Positions 9,487 through 19,881 of a stretch of DNA of 63,731 nt are shown here, piece by piece. Source of the DNA: a virus (Duplodnaviria > Caudoviricetes); the IMG/VR virus record IMGVR_UViG_3300033145_001147, positions 1-63,731 of that record; one strand, 5' to 3'. The position numbers were made by a program, and so were the translations under genes. The notes beneath the pieces are model-generated. The model was not told where the DNA came from. It did no database searches and saw only the letters and a program-made list of their open reading frames with translations. The stretch's first letter is position 1. Each line of letters starts with the position of its first letter.

Positions 9487-9610
9487 AATTGAGAGTAGAA
9501 CATATTGTAATTCAAGCAAAATTAAGTTTTAACAAAAGTATAGTTGTTTCTTATACCTTTTATTATGTTTGAATATAAAATTTGTTAAATCAAAGAAATT
9601 ACAAAAAAAG

Positions 9611-9656
9611 TTATCCACACTTGCTACTTGTAAAACAATTATAACTCATATATAAT
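9611..9656 (+). promoter_or_regulatory. DnaA box plus sigma70-type promoter
   Basis: TTATCCACA 9611-9619, TTGTAA-17-TATAAT 9628-9656. Confidence 0.75.
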
Positions 9657-9662
9657 AACAAT

Positions 9663-9860
9663 ATGATTAAGCAATTGAAATTTTTTATAGAAGATGAAAT
9701 GGGAAAGTTAGACTATGATTATAAACCTGATAAAACTTGGGGAAGGTTAGATGTTGATGAAGTCGAAAAATTAAAACTTGACGAAGATGAAGTTTTCTTT
9801 AATTGTCCAGAATGTGATAATAAATTACCAAAGGCATTAGTAAATTGCTTAAATATATAA
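9663..9860 (+). CDS. hypothetical protein, probably leaderless
   Basis: ATG 6 nt after the -10 box; CPEC motif. Confidence 0.6.
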   Translation: MIKQLKFFIEDEMGKLDYDYKPDKTWGRLDVDEVEKLKLDEDEVFFNCPECDNKLPKALVNCLNI

Positions 9861-9862
9861 TC

Positions 9863-10042
9863 ATGAAAATAGAAAAAATACAATGTAGCAAATGTAAAAA
9901 ACAATTTACTTCTAAAAAAATATATAAATTTTCTTGGAGATATAATGATAAGGTAAAAATTTATAATGTAAGCAAAAGAAAATGGATTCACACAGGATAT
10001 TATTTTCTTTGTAAAAAATGCCTTGATAAAATTATTAAATAA
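9863..10042 (+). CDS. small CxxC protein
   Basis: two CxxC motifs. Confidence 0.55.
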   Translation: MKIEKIQCSKCKKQFTSKKIYKFSWRYNDKVKIYNVSKRKWIHTGYYFLCKKCLDKIIK

Positions 10043-10043
10043 A

Positions 10044-10328
10044 ATGGATGAATTAGATAAAAAAATAAATAAACTTTTAGAATATTTAGATATTCAAGAA
10101 GACCCACAAAGACCAGGACTTTATCTTACTAAAGATGGTTCAGAAAGTTTAACTTTACTTAAAATAAGGATTCGTAAAATATTAGGATTTGATAAAAGAT
10201 GTTCTGTTTGTCATCAATATAAAATGAAATATGATTTAAGTCTAATTGAGAATACAGACAAGGAAATTTGCCAGGATTGTTTAGAGAAGGTTATGAGTGG
10301 AAATATAAAAATTAATGAAGATTTATAA
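10044..10328 (+). CDS. hypothetical zinc-finger protein
   Basis: CSVC and CQDC motifs. Confidence 0.6.
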   Translation: MDELDKKINKLLEYLDIQEDPQRPGLYLTKDGSESLTLLKIRIRKILGFDKRCSVCHQYKMKYDLSLIENTDKEICQDCLEKVMSGNIKINEDL

Positions 10329-10354
10329 AATTAACAATTAATGAAAATGTAATT

Positions 10355-10954
10355 ATGAAAATGTATTTTGATGGGGCGTGTTCAAAAAATCCTGGAGGAA
10401 TAAGCACTTGGGGGGCAGTAATTTATGATGTTGGTGGTCGTATTTATGAGATAAAAGGAGTAGTAGATACTCCCCAAATTTCAACTAATAATGTTGCTGA
10501 ATATCATGGATTGATTGAAGCAATTAAGTTTATAAAAAAACACCGTTCTTGTTTGCCTAAAATTGAAGTTTTTGGGGATAGTTTATTAGTTATAAATATG
10601 GCATCAAAAAAATGGGGCTGGAAAAAAGGAAGATATAATCCACACCCAGATAAATTACATTTGAAAAAATTATTGGAAGAATTACATGAACTAACTAAAG
10701 GAATGATGATTACATATAACTGGGTGCCTCGCGAGCAAAATGAAATTGCAGATAGATTATCTAAAGAAGCTTTAGAAGAATATAAAAAACCAAAAGAAGA
10801 AGAAATTAATATTCCATTAGCAATAAATGATTTTTTGAAAAAATTACCAGTAGAAGAATTAATGGGAAGTGATGGAATAGATGAAGTTGGAGATTCAATT
10901 TTTATGTTTGAATTTAAGTATAAAGGGGAAAATTATACAATTACTTTTAAGTAA
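10355..10954 (+). CDS. rnhA: ribonuclease HI family protein
   Basis: YFDGAC.NPG, TNNVAEY, GDSLLV, WVPREQNEIADRL. Confidence 0.9.
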   Translation: MKMYFDGACSKNPGGISTWGAVIYDVGGRIYEIKGVVDTPQISTNNVAEYHGLIEAIKFIKKHRSCLPKIEVFGDSLLVINMASKKWGWKKGRYNPHPDKLHLKKLLEELHELTKGMMITYNWVPREQNEIADRLSKEALEEYKKPKEEEINIPLAINDFLKKLPVEELMGSDGIDEVGDSIFMFEFKYKGENYTITFK

Positions 10955-10957
10955 GAG

Positions 10958-11002
10958 TTATCCACACTTTTACTTGATTTTATTAGTTATATAATATATA
11001 AT
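10958..11002 (+). promoter_or_regulatory. DnaA box plus sigma70-type promoter
   Basis: TTATCCACA 10958-10966, TTGATT-17-TATAAT 10974-11002. Confidence 0.75.
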
Positions 11003-11039
11003 ACATATAAGAGTTAATTAATAATTAATTAAAAATTAA

Positions 11040-11423
11040 ATGAAACAATATACTAAAGAACAAAAAAATAAATATTTTAAGAATTTAAGAGAAAGATGGG
11101 CTACATCAAAAGTATTAGCAGATAAAGATGATACTGTCAAAGCTTTATATAATGAAGTTGGTGGTGATTTTAGTTATTACAGTTTTTATTGGACTTTAAT
11201 GGATATGAAAAGTTTAGAATTAGAAGGTATTCCATATGTGGATACAAAAACTTTTAAGGGTTGGAAAGATGCAGGATTTATGGTTAAAAAAGGTGAAAAG
11301 TCAAAATTGTCAGGAATAACTTGGTTGCCAGTTAAGGATAAAGAAGGTGAAGAAACAGAATATTTGATTCCAAAAGAATATAAATTATTTCATACAAGTC
11401 AGGTGGAGGAATTAAAAAAGTAA
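11040..11423 (+). CDS. ArdC N-terminal-like ssDNA-binding protein
   Basis: TFKGWK..G..VKKGEK...LFHTSQV. Confidence 0.65.
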   Translation: MKQYTKEQKNKYFKNLRERWATSKVLADKDDTVKALYNEVGGDFSYYSFYWTLMDMKSLELEGIPYVDTKTFKGWKDAGFMVKKGEKSKLSGITWLPVKDKEGEETEYLIPKEYKLFHTSQVEELKK

Positions 11424-11424
11424 T

Positions 11425-11631
11425 ATGATAATAAAAGATTTAATAAAAATGTTATTAGCAGTAGGAGATGATAATGCAGTAGTTCATATAGCATCAGATG
11501 AGGAAGGGAATAGTTATGGAGATGTTTCAAAATATTCAATGAACACAAAATTAAAAAAGACAGGGGGAGAATGTATAGTGTTATTTCCAAAAGGTTATTA
11601 TGATGATGAAGTATATGAACGCGAAGAATAA
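11425..11631 (+). CDS. hypothetical protein
   Basis: SDEEGNSY motif seen in small phage proteins. Confidence 0.65.
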   Translation: MIIKDLIKMLLAVGDDNAVVHIASDEEGNSYGDVSKYSMNTKLKKTGGECIVLFPKGYYDDEVYEREE

Positions 11632-11664
11632 AAAACAATTTTAATAATTAATCAAATAAATATT

Positions 11665-12249
11665 ATGGGACAATATTTTAAGCCAGTCAACATAGATAAA
11701 AAAGAATGGATTTATACTCACCGTTTCAAACAACAAGGAATGAAATTAATGGAACATTCTTATATTGGAAATCCTTTTGTAGAAGCAGTTGAAATTCTTC
11801 TAACAAAATATGGACCTTGGTATAAATGTAGTTTTGTTTGGGCGGGAGATTATGCTGATGTTGAAAAAGAAACGATGGTAAAAGGAAATGAAGATAGTGG
11901 AGAAAATCTTTTTCATATAGTTGATGAAGAAAAAGGGATTGAATCTATTGCTCCTTACGAAATAGACAAAATTAAAGAAAAAAATAAAATTGATTTGAAA
12001 GATTATCCTTTTATTGTAAACCATACTGAAGGATATTATGTAGATAAAAGAAATGTTAAGGAATTTGAAGATGGTTGGAAAATACATCCTTTACCTTTAT
12101 TGACTTGTGAAGGAAATGGTAGGGGTGGGGGAGATTATAAAAGTGAAAATGATGAAAGTTTAATAGGTCTATGGTCGAGAGATTCTATTTCAATAGAAAA
12201 AGAAATTCCAAAAGGATATAAAGAATTAGAAGTTAATTTTAGAGAATAA
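11665..12249 (+). CDS. conserved phage hypothetical protein
   Basis: MGQYF...KLMEHSY...HPLPLLT.EGNGRGGGDY. Confidence 0.75.
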   Translation: MGQYFKPVNIDKKEWIYTHRFKQQGMKLMEHSYIGNPFVEAVEILLTKYGPWYKCSFVWAGDYADVEKETMVKGNEDSGENLFHIVDEEKGIESIAPYEIDKIKEKNKIDLKDYPFIVNHTEGYYVDKRNVKEFEDGWKIHPLPLLTCEGNGRGGGDYKSENDESLIGLWSRDSISIEKEIPKGYKELEVNFRE

Positions 12250-12250
12250 T

Positions 12251-12433
12251 ATGAAAAAAGATATGGCAGATGTTTGTGAAGAAGCTCATAGATTAACGGT
12301 TGAGGAATGTGAAAAAAAAGATATTGAATTAGATATAAATAAAGATGAATATGGAGATGAAGTAATATATACAGAGGAAGCACAAGAAATATTTAATAAA
12401 TATTTTGATAAAATAGTTGAGAATAATAATTAA
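12251..12433 (+). CDS. hypothetical acidic protein
   Basis: tightly packed ORF. Confidence 0.6.
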   Translation: MKKDMADVCEEAHRLTVEECEKKDIELDINKDEYGDEVIYTEEAQEIFNKYFDKIVENNN

Positions 12434-12463
12434 AATTAAAAATTAATTAATTAAATAAATATT

Positions 12464-13750
12464 ATGGTAGAAAATAAGGGATATATAAAAATTGAAAATA
12501 AAGGAGAGATTGATATTCAAGCTCTTACATTATTGGGAGCAACAAATAAAAGGGGTGATAGTTCAAAAATTGGATATTTTGGTTCAGGATTAAAATATGC
12601 AATAGCTGTTTTATTGAAATTCAAAATTCCGATTATTATCTATTCGGGGGAAAAAGAAATTAAAATAACAACTGTTAGAAAAGATTTTAGAGGAGAAAAG
12701 TTTGATGTTATTAAAGTTAATGGGAAACTTACGAGTTTAACAACAGAAATGGGTCCTGATTGGGAGGCTTGGTTTGCTGTTAGGGAAATTTATTGTAATG
12801 CTTTAGATGAATTGGGTTCTAATTTAGGAATTGCAGGAGAACCAAAAGGTAAAAAAGGTTATACAAATGTTTTTGTTAAATTTGCTCCAGAGTTAGATAA
12901 TTTATTTTCTCATTGGAATGAATATTTTTCAGAAAAAAGAGATGATTTAATTTGTGAAGATTCAATGAAAAGCACAAGAATGTTTTTAGGAAATTCTAAA
13001 AAATTTATTATATACAGAAAAGGAATAAGATGTCATATAAGTAATGAAAAATGTTTGTATCATTATGATTTAGATTGGGTAGATATTAATGAAAGTAGAA
13101 CAATTAAAGATATGTGGGATTTGGAATATCATTTACCTGCTAAAGTAGCTGATTGTGCCAATACTAAAGTTATAAGAAATATTTTTGATAATTATAAAGA
13201 TACTTATGAAGGAGATATGAAATGGCATTATGCTAATAGATTTAATGAAGCTTGGTTGAAAGTTATTGATGGGAGGAAACTTGTTAAATTAGATATTTCA
13301 GGTTTCTTTTTAGATGATATTGCAAAAGGGAATTGTCTTGTTTTGCCAAATTACTTAGTAAGTGCTTTGAAAGATTATTTCGGAAACAAAGTTACAGTAT
13401 TAGGTAGGTCAGACCATACAGATGAAGGGAAAGATGTTAATCCTACAGCAAAACAAGCAGAAGCTCTTGACGATGCCGTTGATTTTCTAAAAAAAGTTTC
13501 TATAGAAATAGAACATCCTATTATTTTACATAATTTTGAAAATGTAAATACTTACGGGCAAGCAAAAGAAGATAAGATATTTATTTCTCCAAAAGCAATA
13601 GACGAAGGAAGGAGATTTTTGATAGCAACAATTTTAGAAGAAGAAACACATCTTACTACTGGGCATAAAGATATGACAAGAGGTTTGCAGAATTATTTAT
13701 TCAATTATATTACTGGTCTTTTAGCAGATAAAATTAATGAAAAATTATGA
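12464..13750 (+). CDS. GHKL-type ATPase-like protein with C-terminal metallopeptidase-like region
   Basis: KIGYFGSGLKYA glycine loop, REIYCNALDE N-box-like motif, C-terminal LEEETH. Confidence 0.6.
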   Translation: MVENKGYIKIENKGEIDIQALTLLGATNKRGDSSKIGYFGSGLKYAIAVLLKFKIPIIIYSGEKEIKITTVRKDFRGEKFDVIKVNGKLTSLTTEMGPDWEAWFAVREIYCNALDELGSNLGIAGEPKGKKGYTNVFVKFAPELDNLFSHWNEYFSEKRDDLICEDSMKSTRMFLGNSKKFIIYRKGIRCHISNEKCLYHYDLDWVDINESRTIKDMWDLEYHLPAKVADCANTKVIRNIFDNYKDTYEGDMKWHYANRFNEAWLKVIDGRKLVKLDISGFFLDDIAKGNCLVLPNYLVSALKDYFGNKVTVLGRSDHTDEGKDVNPTAKQAEALDDAVDFLKKVSIEIEHPIILHNFENVNTYGQAKEDKIFISPKAIDEGRRFLIATILEEETHLTTGHKDMTRGLQNYLFNYITGLLADKINEKL

Positions 13751-13968
13751 TAAAAAAATGTCCTCATTGCAATATTGATTTAAAGAAATTTGGAATATAT
13801 CAATTAGAAAATGCAAAAATAAAATATTACATAGATTGGATTAAAAATAAAGGTTATTATTATGGAATTACAATGACAGAACATTCAAAAGAAAACGATT
13901 CTACTTTCCATTGTGCATTTTGTGATAAATTATTAGATTTAGGTGATGAACCATTTATTAATGATTAA
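13747..13968 (+). CDS. zinc-ribbon protein
   Basis: CPHC and CAFC. Confidence 0.6.
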   Translation: MIKKCPHCNIDLKKFGIYQLENAKIKYYIDWIKNKGYYYGITMTEHSKENDSTFHCAFCDKLLDLGDEPFIND

Positions 13969-13979
13969 TAAAAAATATT

Positions 13980-14348
13980 ATGACACAAGAGTTATTTAAA
14001 AAGGAAATTGAAAAAACATTGAAGCGATTTGATTATGAAATTAAAGATATTGAATGGGAATATTTATTTGAAAAAGAAGACGGTGAAGATATGATTTATA
14101 ATTTAGAGCAAATGGATGTAATATCTTTTGGTGCACATCATAGAAGTAGTGAAATGGATGGGTGGTATCAAATTGAATATTATTCTAAGATAGGCAAAAC
14201 AATTATTTTTGATTATGATTTTCAGGAAAGTTTTGATGATTTCGAAGATTTTGTTAATGTTTTGTGGAATACAGAACAGGCAATTAAGAAGTTTGAAAAG
14301 AGGTTGGAATTATCATTAGAAGATTGTGTAATTGATAAGGATAAATAA
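13980..14348 (+). CDS. hypothetical protein
   Basis: ORF in co-oriented gene run. Confidence 0.65.
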   Translation: MTQELFKKEIEKTLKRFDYEIKDIEWEYLFEKEDGEDMIYNLEQMDVISFGAHHRSSEMDGWYQIEYYSKIGKTIIFDYDFQESFDDFEDFVNVLWNTEQAIKKFEKRLELSLEDCVIDKDK

Positions 14349-14410
14349 TTAGATGATTTATTATTAAATTAGCGATTGTATGGGAATAAATAATCTTACA
14401 ATATAAAATA

Positions 14411-14824
14411 ATGGGGAGATATTATAATGGGGATATAGAAGGTAAATTTTGGTTTGGAGTTCAATCAAGTGATGATGCTTCATTTTTTGGAGGGAAACAA
14501 GGAGAACCAAATCATATTAATTTCTATTTTAACAAGGATGATTTACTTGATATCAAGAAAGGGTTAAAGGAATGTGAAGAAGAATTAGGAGATTATTTAA
14601 AGAAAATGGATAAGTTTTTTGATGAAAATAATAGTTATAATGATGAACAATTAGCTAAGTATCTAGAAATTCCAATGATAGATAAAAAAGTAGGAAAAGT
14701 TATTTATCAAGAAAATCCTAAAGTAAAAGAATTATTGAAATGGTATGCCAGAAGAATATTAGGTCAAAAAATTCTAAAATGTGTAGAAGAAACAGAGTAT
14801 TGTGAGTTTGAAGCAGAATTATAG
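14411..14824 (+). CDS. conserved phage hypothetical protein
   Basis: MGRYYNGDIEGKFWFGVQSSDDA...CEFEAEL. Confidence 0.75.
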   Translation: MGRYYNGDIEGKFWFGVQSSDDASFFGGKQGEPNHINFYFNKDDLLDIKKGLKECEEELGDYLKKMDKFFDENNSYNDEQLAKYLEIPMIDKKVGKVIYQENPKVKELLKWYARRILGQKILKCVEETEYCEFEAEL

Positions 14825-14831
14825 AATAAAA

Positions 14832-14875
14832 TGTGGATAACTTAACTTGTAAAACAATTAAAAATAATATATAAT
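14832..14875 (+). promoter_or_regulatory. inverted DnaA box plus sigma70-type promoter
   Basis: TGTGGATAA 14832-14840, TTGTAA-17-TATAAT 14847-14875. Confidence 0.75.
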
Positions 14876-14935
14876 ACATATAACAAATAGGTCGAGAAAT
14901 GTATTAATTTAAGTAAAATAAGTATAATTAGCAAA

Positions 14936-15151
14936 ATGACAGAAAATAAAAAAAAGAAAGATTTCTATACGACACAGGAACTTGTAGATGCAGAATGGTT
15001 TCCAATTCGTTCTACTTTAACAGTTAAGAAATTAATTGAAAATGGAACGTTGAAAGCAGTAGACATTAGCACAAGCAAGAATTTCAAAAGGTATAGAATA
15101 TCGAAAGAATCTGCTAAACAATTTATAGAAATGGAAAAAATAAAAGAATAA
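14936..15151 (+). CDS. excisionase-like winged-HTH DNA-binding protein
   Basis: YTTQEL...TVKKLIENGTLKAV...YRISKES. Confidence 0.7.
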   Translation: MTENKKKKDFYTTQELVDAEWFPIRSTLTVKKLIENGTLKAVDISTSKNFKRYRISKESAKQFIEMEKIKE

Positions 15152-15175
15152 ATTATTTAATAACGAAATAAAATT

Positions 15176-15760
15176 ATGGATTTAAAATGTTTAAATAAAC
15201 AATGTAATAAAACCTTTTCTGTGGTGGCATCTTCCAAAAGAAAATATTGTAGTCAGAAATGTTATTGGGCAGATAAAAAAAGCCGAGGGTTGATTCCGCC
15301 ATCAAGAAAAGGAGCAAAATTAACAATAAAACATAAACAGATATTAAGTAAATATAACAAAGGAAGAATACATAATGACACAATGAGAAAAAAGAGTAGT
15401 ATTGCCAAACTTGGTAAAAATAATCCTATGTATGGCAAAATAGGTGATAAACATCCTAATTGGGTGGGGAATAAAATTAAACATTTTGATAAAAGAATTA
15501 GACATTGTTCTTTATATATTCAATGGCGTTCAAATATTTTTCAGAGAGATGGTTGGATTTGCCAAACTTGTGGTGTAAGGGGTGGTAAATTACAAGTTCA
15601 TCATATCAAATCATTTGCTGAAATTTTACAGAATAATCATATTAAGACTTTTGAACAAGCAATAAATTGTAAAGAATTATGGAATTTAGATAATGGTATT
15701 ACGCTTTGCGAAGATTGTCATAAATTAACACAAAGTTATAAACAAAGAATTATTAAATAA
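15176..15760 (+). CDS. HNH homing endonuclease
   Basis: RDGWICQTC...QVHHIK...NGITLCEDCH. Confidence 0.88.
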   Translation: MDLKCLNKQCNKTFSVVASSKRKYCSQKCYWADKKSRGLIPPSRKGAKLTIKHKQILSKYNKGRIHNDTMRKKSSIAKLGKNNPMYGKIGDKHPNWVGNKIKHFDKRIRHCSLYIQWRSNIFQRDGWICQTCGVRGGKLQVHHIKSFAEILQNNHIKTFEQAINCKELWNLDNGITLCEDCHKLTQSYKQRIIK

Positions 15761-15777
15761 AGTATTTAAACAGTAAT

Positions 15778-18081
15778 ATGTCGAAATTAATACAAAATAC
15801 TAAATTATTTGAATATAGCGAATCAAATGAAATTGAAGAAATTGAAGATATAGAACAAGAAATAAAGTCTGGTCCTAATGATTTGAGTGATGCTCCTCCA
15901 GAAATATGGTCAGTTATGGGTATTTGGAATGATATAACAGAGGTTGAAAGACGAAAACCAAAGGTTAGAGATTATATTTCTTTTGGAAATATTGGAAAGA
16001 ATGATTACTGGTCAAGATATATGAAAATGAAAGGTGTCCCAGAAAGCAATCCAATTGAAGGGAGAGTTATTAGGATATTTCAAGCAGGAGATACTTTCCA
16101 CGATTTAGTAAAAGGTGTTTTCAAAAGTGCGGGGGTATATATCTTTTCTCAAGATGACCTTAATGAAAAAGGAGAAAGAGATTGGTCTGAAATTCCTGCT
16201 ACAAAAACCCAATTGAAACAATTTGGGGCTTTTGATGTTTTAGTTGGAGGTAAACCAGATTTGGAAAAGGCAATGAAATGGATTGAGAAAAGTGATATGA
16301 CACAATTTCAGAGGGATAAAGCTACAAAAATTGCTGAATATTTTTCTGATAAGTTTCCTAATGGTTTGAAACCAATGATTTATGAAATAAAATCAATTAA
16401 TTGTATTGCCAAAGGTGAATTAATATATACTGAAAATGGTTTAAAAAAAATAGAAGATATTAAAAAAGGAGAGAATATTTATTCTATTAAAGATGATTTT
16501 TCATTAGTAAAAAATAAAGTTAAAAATGTATTCAAAAGTGGTAGAAAAGAAGTTTATAAATTTACTACAAAAACAGGAAAAACTATATTAGCAACAGATA
16601 AACATAAATTTTTGACAACTAATGTTAAATATTTAGCAGATAGAAATATATTACCTAAAAATGTAATTTGGAAAGAACTTAGGGATATAAAAGAAGGTAA
16701 TAAAATAGCTGTGGTTAATAAATATCCTGAAAACAAATTAAAAGAAAAAATAAATAAAGATGTTGCTTTGGTTTTAGGTTATTTAGTTGGTGATGGATAT
16801 ATTAATAAAAAATATCAATCTAATATAGCTGTAGTTAAAATGAATGAAGCTATTTTAATTAAAGATATTATTGATAGAAACTTTGATTTAGATTGTCAAA
16901 TAAAACAATATAAATCTTTGAGTGGGATATTAAGAGTAAATTTAACTGGAGGAATAAAAAATAGAAAAGGTTGTGGTAATTTTAGTAATAAGTTTTTGAA
17001 TTTTTTAAAGAAAAATAATATAAACAAAATTAAAACAGATAAAGAAATACCAAAAGTTATATTAGATAGTAATAATGAAGTAATTGCAATGTTTTTAAGA
17101 GGGCTATTTCAAGCAGATGGTTGTGTAGCTAAACATGAAAATGGTATCCAAATTAATTATGGAACAATAAGTAAAAAATTAGCTAAACAAGTATCCCATT
17201 GTTTATTGCGGTTAGGTATACAAAGTTCGTTATATGAAGTTAATCATAGAAAAGGGGGTTTCAGAAGTAAGAATTCTATTTTTTACAATATAAATATTCG
17301 TTCTTTTAGTTTTAGAAAATTTGCAAAGACTGTAGGTTTTGTTGATTTTAAGAATAAAAAATTAAATAAATTATTAAAAGGGTGGAAGCCAAATAGTAAA
17401 AATAGAAAAGAAAATATATTTTTTGATATTGTAAAAAGTATAGAAAAAATAGGGATTAAAGAAACTTATGATATTGAAGTAGAATCAAAAGACAAGGTAA
17501 TGAATAGTTTTTGTTGCGAAGATATAATTGTCCATAATTCAATGGCTTTTTGGGGTAAGAAAAATTATTTACACGAAGCTTATCCACATCATAGACATCA
17601 ATTATTCGGTTATCTAAAAGCAAACCATAAAAATCCTGAAATGTTAAAACGAGTTGAAGAAGCAGGAATTAAAGTTAATTCAATTGATGAAGGAAGATTA
17701 TTATATATTTCAAAAGATGATTTAGTAATGGCAGAATTTCCAATTTCAATTTATAACAAAAGTTTAGAAGAAAGTTATAAAAATGATATTGATACAATGT
17801 CTGGTTATATTTTAAGAGATGAAGAACCACCTAAACCACCTTATGTAATATTTAATAAAAGGAAAACATTAGGTTTCCAAAAGAATAAAATTAAGTATAA
17901 AGTAAGGGGTTGTTATGTTGTGAATTGGGAAGTAACTTGGAGTTCTTATTTCACACTTATGACAGGTTTCAAATCTGACAAGGTAAAAGATTTTGAACAA
18001 ACATTGAAAGCAGAAATTAAAGAAAAAAATGAAATTATTAAAGCACAAGTTTTAGCAAAGGTCGATGTTATAACTAAGTAA
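15778..18081 (+). CDS. PD-(D/E)XK (Cas4/lambda-exo-like) nuclease with LAGLIDADG intein
   Basis: GDTFH, GAFD, YEIKS and QLFGY nuclease motifs flank the intein. Confidence 0.75.
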   Translation: MSKLIQNTKLFEYSESNEIEEIEDIEQEIKSGPNDLSDAPPEIWSVMGIWNDITEVERRKPKVRDYISFGNIGKNDYWSRYMKMKGVPESNPIEGRVIRIFQAGDTFHDLVKGVFKSAGVYIFSQDDLNEKGERDWSEIPATKTQLKQFGAFDVLVGGKPDLEKAMKWIEKSDMTQFQRDKATKIAEYFSDKFPNGLKPMIYEIKSINCIAKGELIYTENGLKKIEDIKKGENIYSIKDDFSLVKNKVKNVFKSGRKEVYKFTTKTGKTILATDKHKFLTTNVKYLADRNILPKNVIWKELRDIKEGNKIAVVNKYPENKLKEKINKDVALVLGYLVGDGYINKKYQSNIAVVKMNEAILIKDIIDRNFDLDCQIKQYKSLSGILRVNLTGGIKNRKGCGNFSNKFLNFLKKNNINKIKTDKEIPKVILDSNNEVIAMFLRGLFQADGCVAKHENGIQINYGTISKKLAKQVSHCLLRLGIQSSLYEVNHRKGGFRSKNSIFYNINIRSFSFRKFAKTVGFVDFKNKKLNKLLKGWKPNSKNRKENIFFDIVKSIEKIGIKETYDIEVESKDKVMNSFCCEDIIVHNSMAFWGKKNYLHEAYPHHRHQLFGYLKANHKNPEMLKRVEEAGIKVNSIDEGRLLYISKDDLVMAEFPISIYNKSLEESYKNDIDTMSGYILRDEEPPKPPYVIFNKRKTLGFQKNKIKYKVRGCYVVNWEVTWSSYFTLMTGFKSDKVKDFEQTLKAEIKEKNEIIKAQVLAKVDVITK
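16402..17538 (+). mobile_element. intein (379 aa) with LAGLIDADG endonuclease
   Basis: CIAKG start, TDKH block B, LGYLVGDG and LRGLFQADG, ends IVHN followed by Ser. Confidence 0.92.
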
Positions 18082-18096
18082 TCAAATAAAAATGTT

Positions 18097-18261
18097 ATGT
18101 TTCAAGACCCATTAGCAAAAGTAACAAGCTTATTATTAAAATCTGTTGCTGAAGTTACAAAAGAAGTCAATAAAAAGAAAGAGATTATCTTAGAATGTGA
18201 GCAAGCCATTAAGGATACACAGGTAGCAATTAATGAAGCTAAAAATGTTCTTTCAATGTAG
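18097..18261 (+). CDS. small coiled-coil-like protein (54 aa)
   Basis: ATG-TAG ORF filling the gap. Confidence 0.5.
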   Translation: MFQDPLAKVTSLLLKSVAEVTKEVNKKKEIILECEQAIKDTQVAINEAKNVLSM

Positions 18262-18295
18262 TAGATTATTAATTATTAATTAAAAATAAGAAAAT

Positions 18296-19057
18296 ATGGA
18301 TTTAGAAAAAATGAGTGGGGAAAGAAAACAAATTCCTCAACTAAAATTAAATCAAATTAGATTTAATGGTCAAAGTGGAGAGTTTATGTATAAAGATATT
18401 CTTAAAGGTTTTAAGGAAGATAAAGATGGAAAGAAAACTTATGAAGAAGTATCTATTGGAAAAGAAATTTCAGTTATCTTTTTGAAGATAAGACGAAAAT
18501 TAGTAGCATTTAGAAAGGATGAAAAACCTTTAACATCACAAGAACATAATACAAAAGAAAGTATGATTACACTTTATGGTAATTCTGCTGTTGAAGTTTC
18601 AGATAACGATACTTTAAGAGAAAAATATCCAGCATTAAAAACTCAACAAATTATTTATGTTTTGTATAAAGGTGAATTAGTAAGATTAATTGCGAAAGGT
18701 TCAGCTCTTGGGTCTGCTGTTAAAAGTGAAGATGTTCATAGTTTTTATTCTTATATCGGAAGTTTCAAAGCAGATGGTAAAGATGAACATTTTTACGAAT
18801 GTCATACTAATTTATACGGAGTGGAAGAAAAAAGTGATTTAGGAACTTACCAAGCAATGAGTTTCAAAGCAGGAGAAAAATTGAATGAAGAAGAAATGAA
18901 AGCTGTTGAAGAAAATATGAAGAAAGCTTTTGATTATTGTGTTGAAGTTGATGCTTACTTTAATAAGGATAAAAAAGAAATTATAAAAGAAGAATCAGAA
19001 AAACCAGAAGTTGATACGCCTGAAGAAGATATTTCTTCAGAAGATATTCCTTTTTAA
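18296..19057 (+). CDS. putative ssDNA-binding/annealing protein
   Basis: acidic tail ending EDIPF; lies between nuclease and replication initiator. Confidence 0.6.
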   Translation: MDLEKMSGERKQIPQLKLNQIRFNGQSGEFMYKDILKGFKEDKDGKKTYEEVSIGKEISVIFLKIRRKLVAFRKDEKPLTSQEHNTKESMITLYGNSAVEVSDNDTLREKYPALKTQQIIYVLYKGELVRLIAKGSALGSAVKSEDVHSFYSYIGSFKADGKDEHFYECHTNLYGVEEKSDLGTYQAMSFKAGEKLNEEEMKAVEENMKKAFDYCVEVDAYFNKDKKEIIKEESEKPEVDTPEEDISSEDIPF

Positions 19058-19143
19058 AAAGGGATTTATATTAATGAGTGGGGAAAAATATTCTCCCACT
19101 TGTTAAATATAAAGTATCTTACTAAAGTATAATTATTATTGAA

Positions 19144-19881
19144 ATGAGTAAAAACAGAATGGTAAATACAAAATATTGGAATGATGGATTTATAATAAAT
19201 CTTGACCCTATAGAAAAGCTTTTGTTTATATATTTCTTAACTAATCAATATACTAATTTATGTGGTATTTATGAATGTAATGTAAAAATAATCGCATTTG
19301 ATACAGGAATTAGTAAAGATACAATAGAAAAAATATTCAAAAGATTTGAAGGAAAAATTCATTACATTAGTGGTTGGGTCTATGTCCGTAATTTTTCAAA
19401 GCATCAATCTGCTAATGAAAAAATGAAAATAGGAGCAGATAGAGAAAGAAAAGAAATACCTCTTAATATAAGAAAAAAGATTTTAGAAATAGATAAACAG
19501 TATATTGAAAGTGATAAAGAAATAAAAACATTAGAGGATGAAATTAAACAAGAGAATAAAAAACTAAAAAAAGATAAAGGATTAGTTGATAAACAAATTG
19601 ATGAACTTATTGCTTATTACAAAGAAAAGATTTATCCACCAACTAAAGCAACAAAACAATCAAGAGATAAAATTAGAGTAAGATTATTAGAACCTTCTAC
19701 TGAACCTAAAATTACTAGATTTGATGAATTGAAATTATGTATTGATAATTTTTCTAAAGATAATTGGAGAATGCAAAACAATAAAACATTAGGTTTACAA
19801 TTTTTCTTTAGAAATGAAGACCAAATTGTTAAATGGTTACAACTTGAAATTAAAGTTAATAAAATACATAAAATATTATGA
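19144..19881 (+). CDS. putative phage replication initiator
   Basis: RMVNTKYWND...KLLFIYFLTN..TNLCGIYE wHTH N-terminus typical of phage initiators. Confidence 0.7.
   Translation: MSKNRMVNTKYWNDGFIINLDPIEKLLFIYFLTNQYTNLCGIYECNVKIIAFDTGISKDTIEKIFKRFEGKIHYISGWVYVRNFSKHQSANEKMKIGADRERKEIPLNIRKKILEIDKQYIESDKEIKTLEDEIKQENKKLKKDKGLVDKQIDELIAYYKEKIYPPTKATKQSRDKIRVRLLEPSTEPKITRFDELKLCIDNFSKDNWRMQNNKTLGLQFFFRNEDQIVKWLQLEIKVNKIHKIL

Noticed and set aside
15778-18081. CRISPR-associated Cas4 adaptation module
   Set aside because: No cas1/cas2 or array; context is recombination and replication
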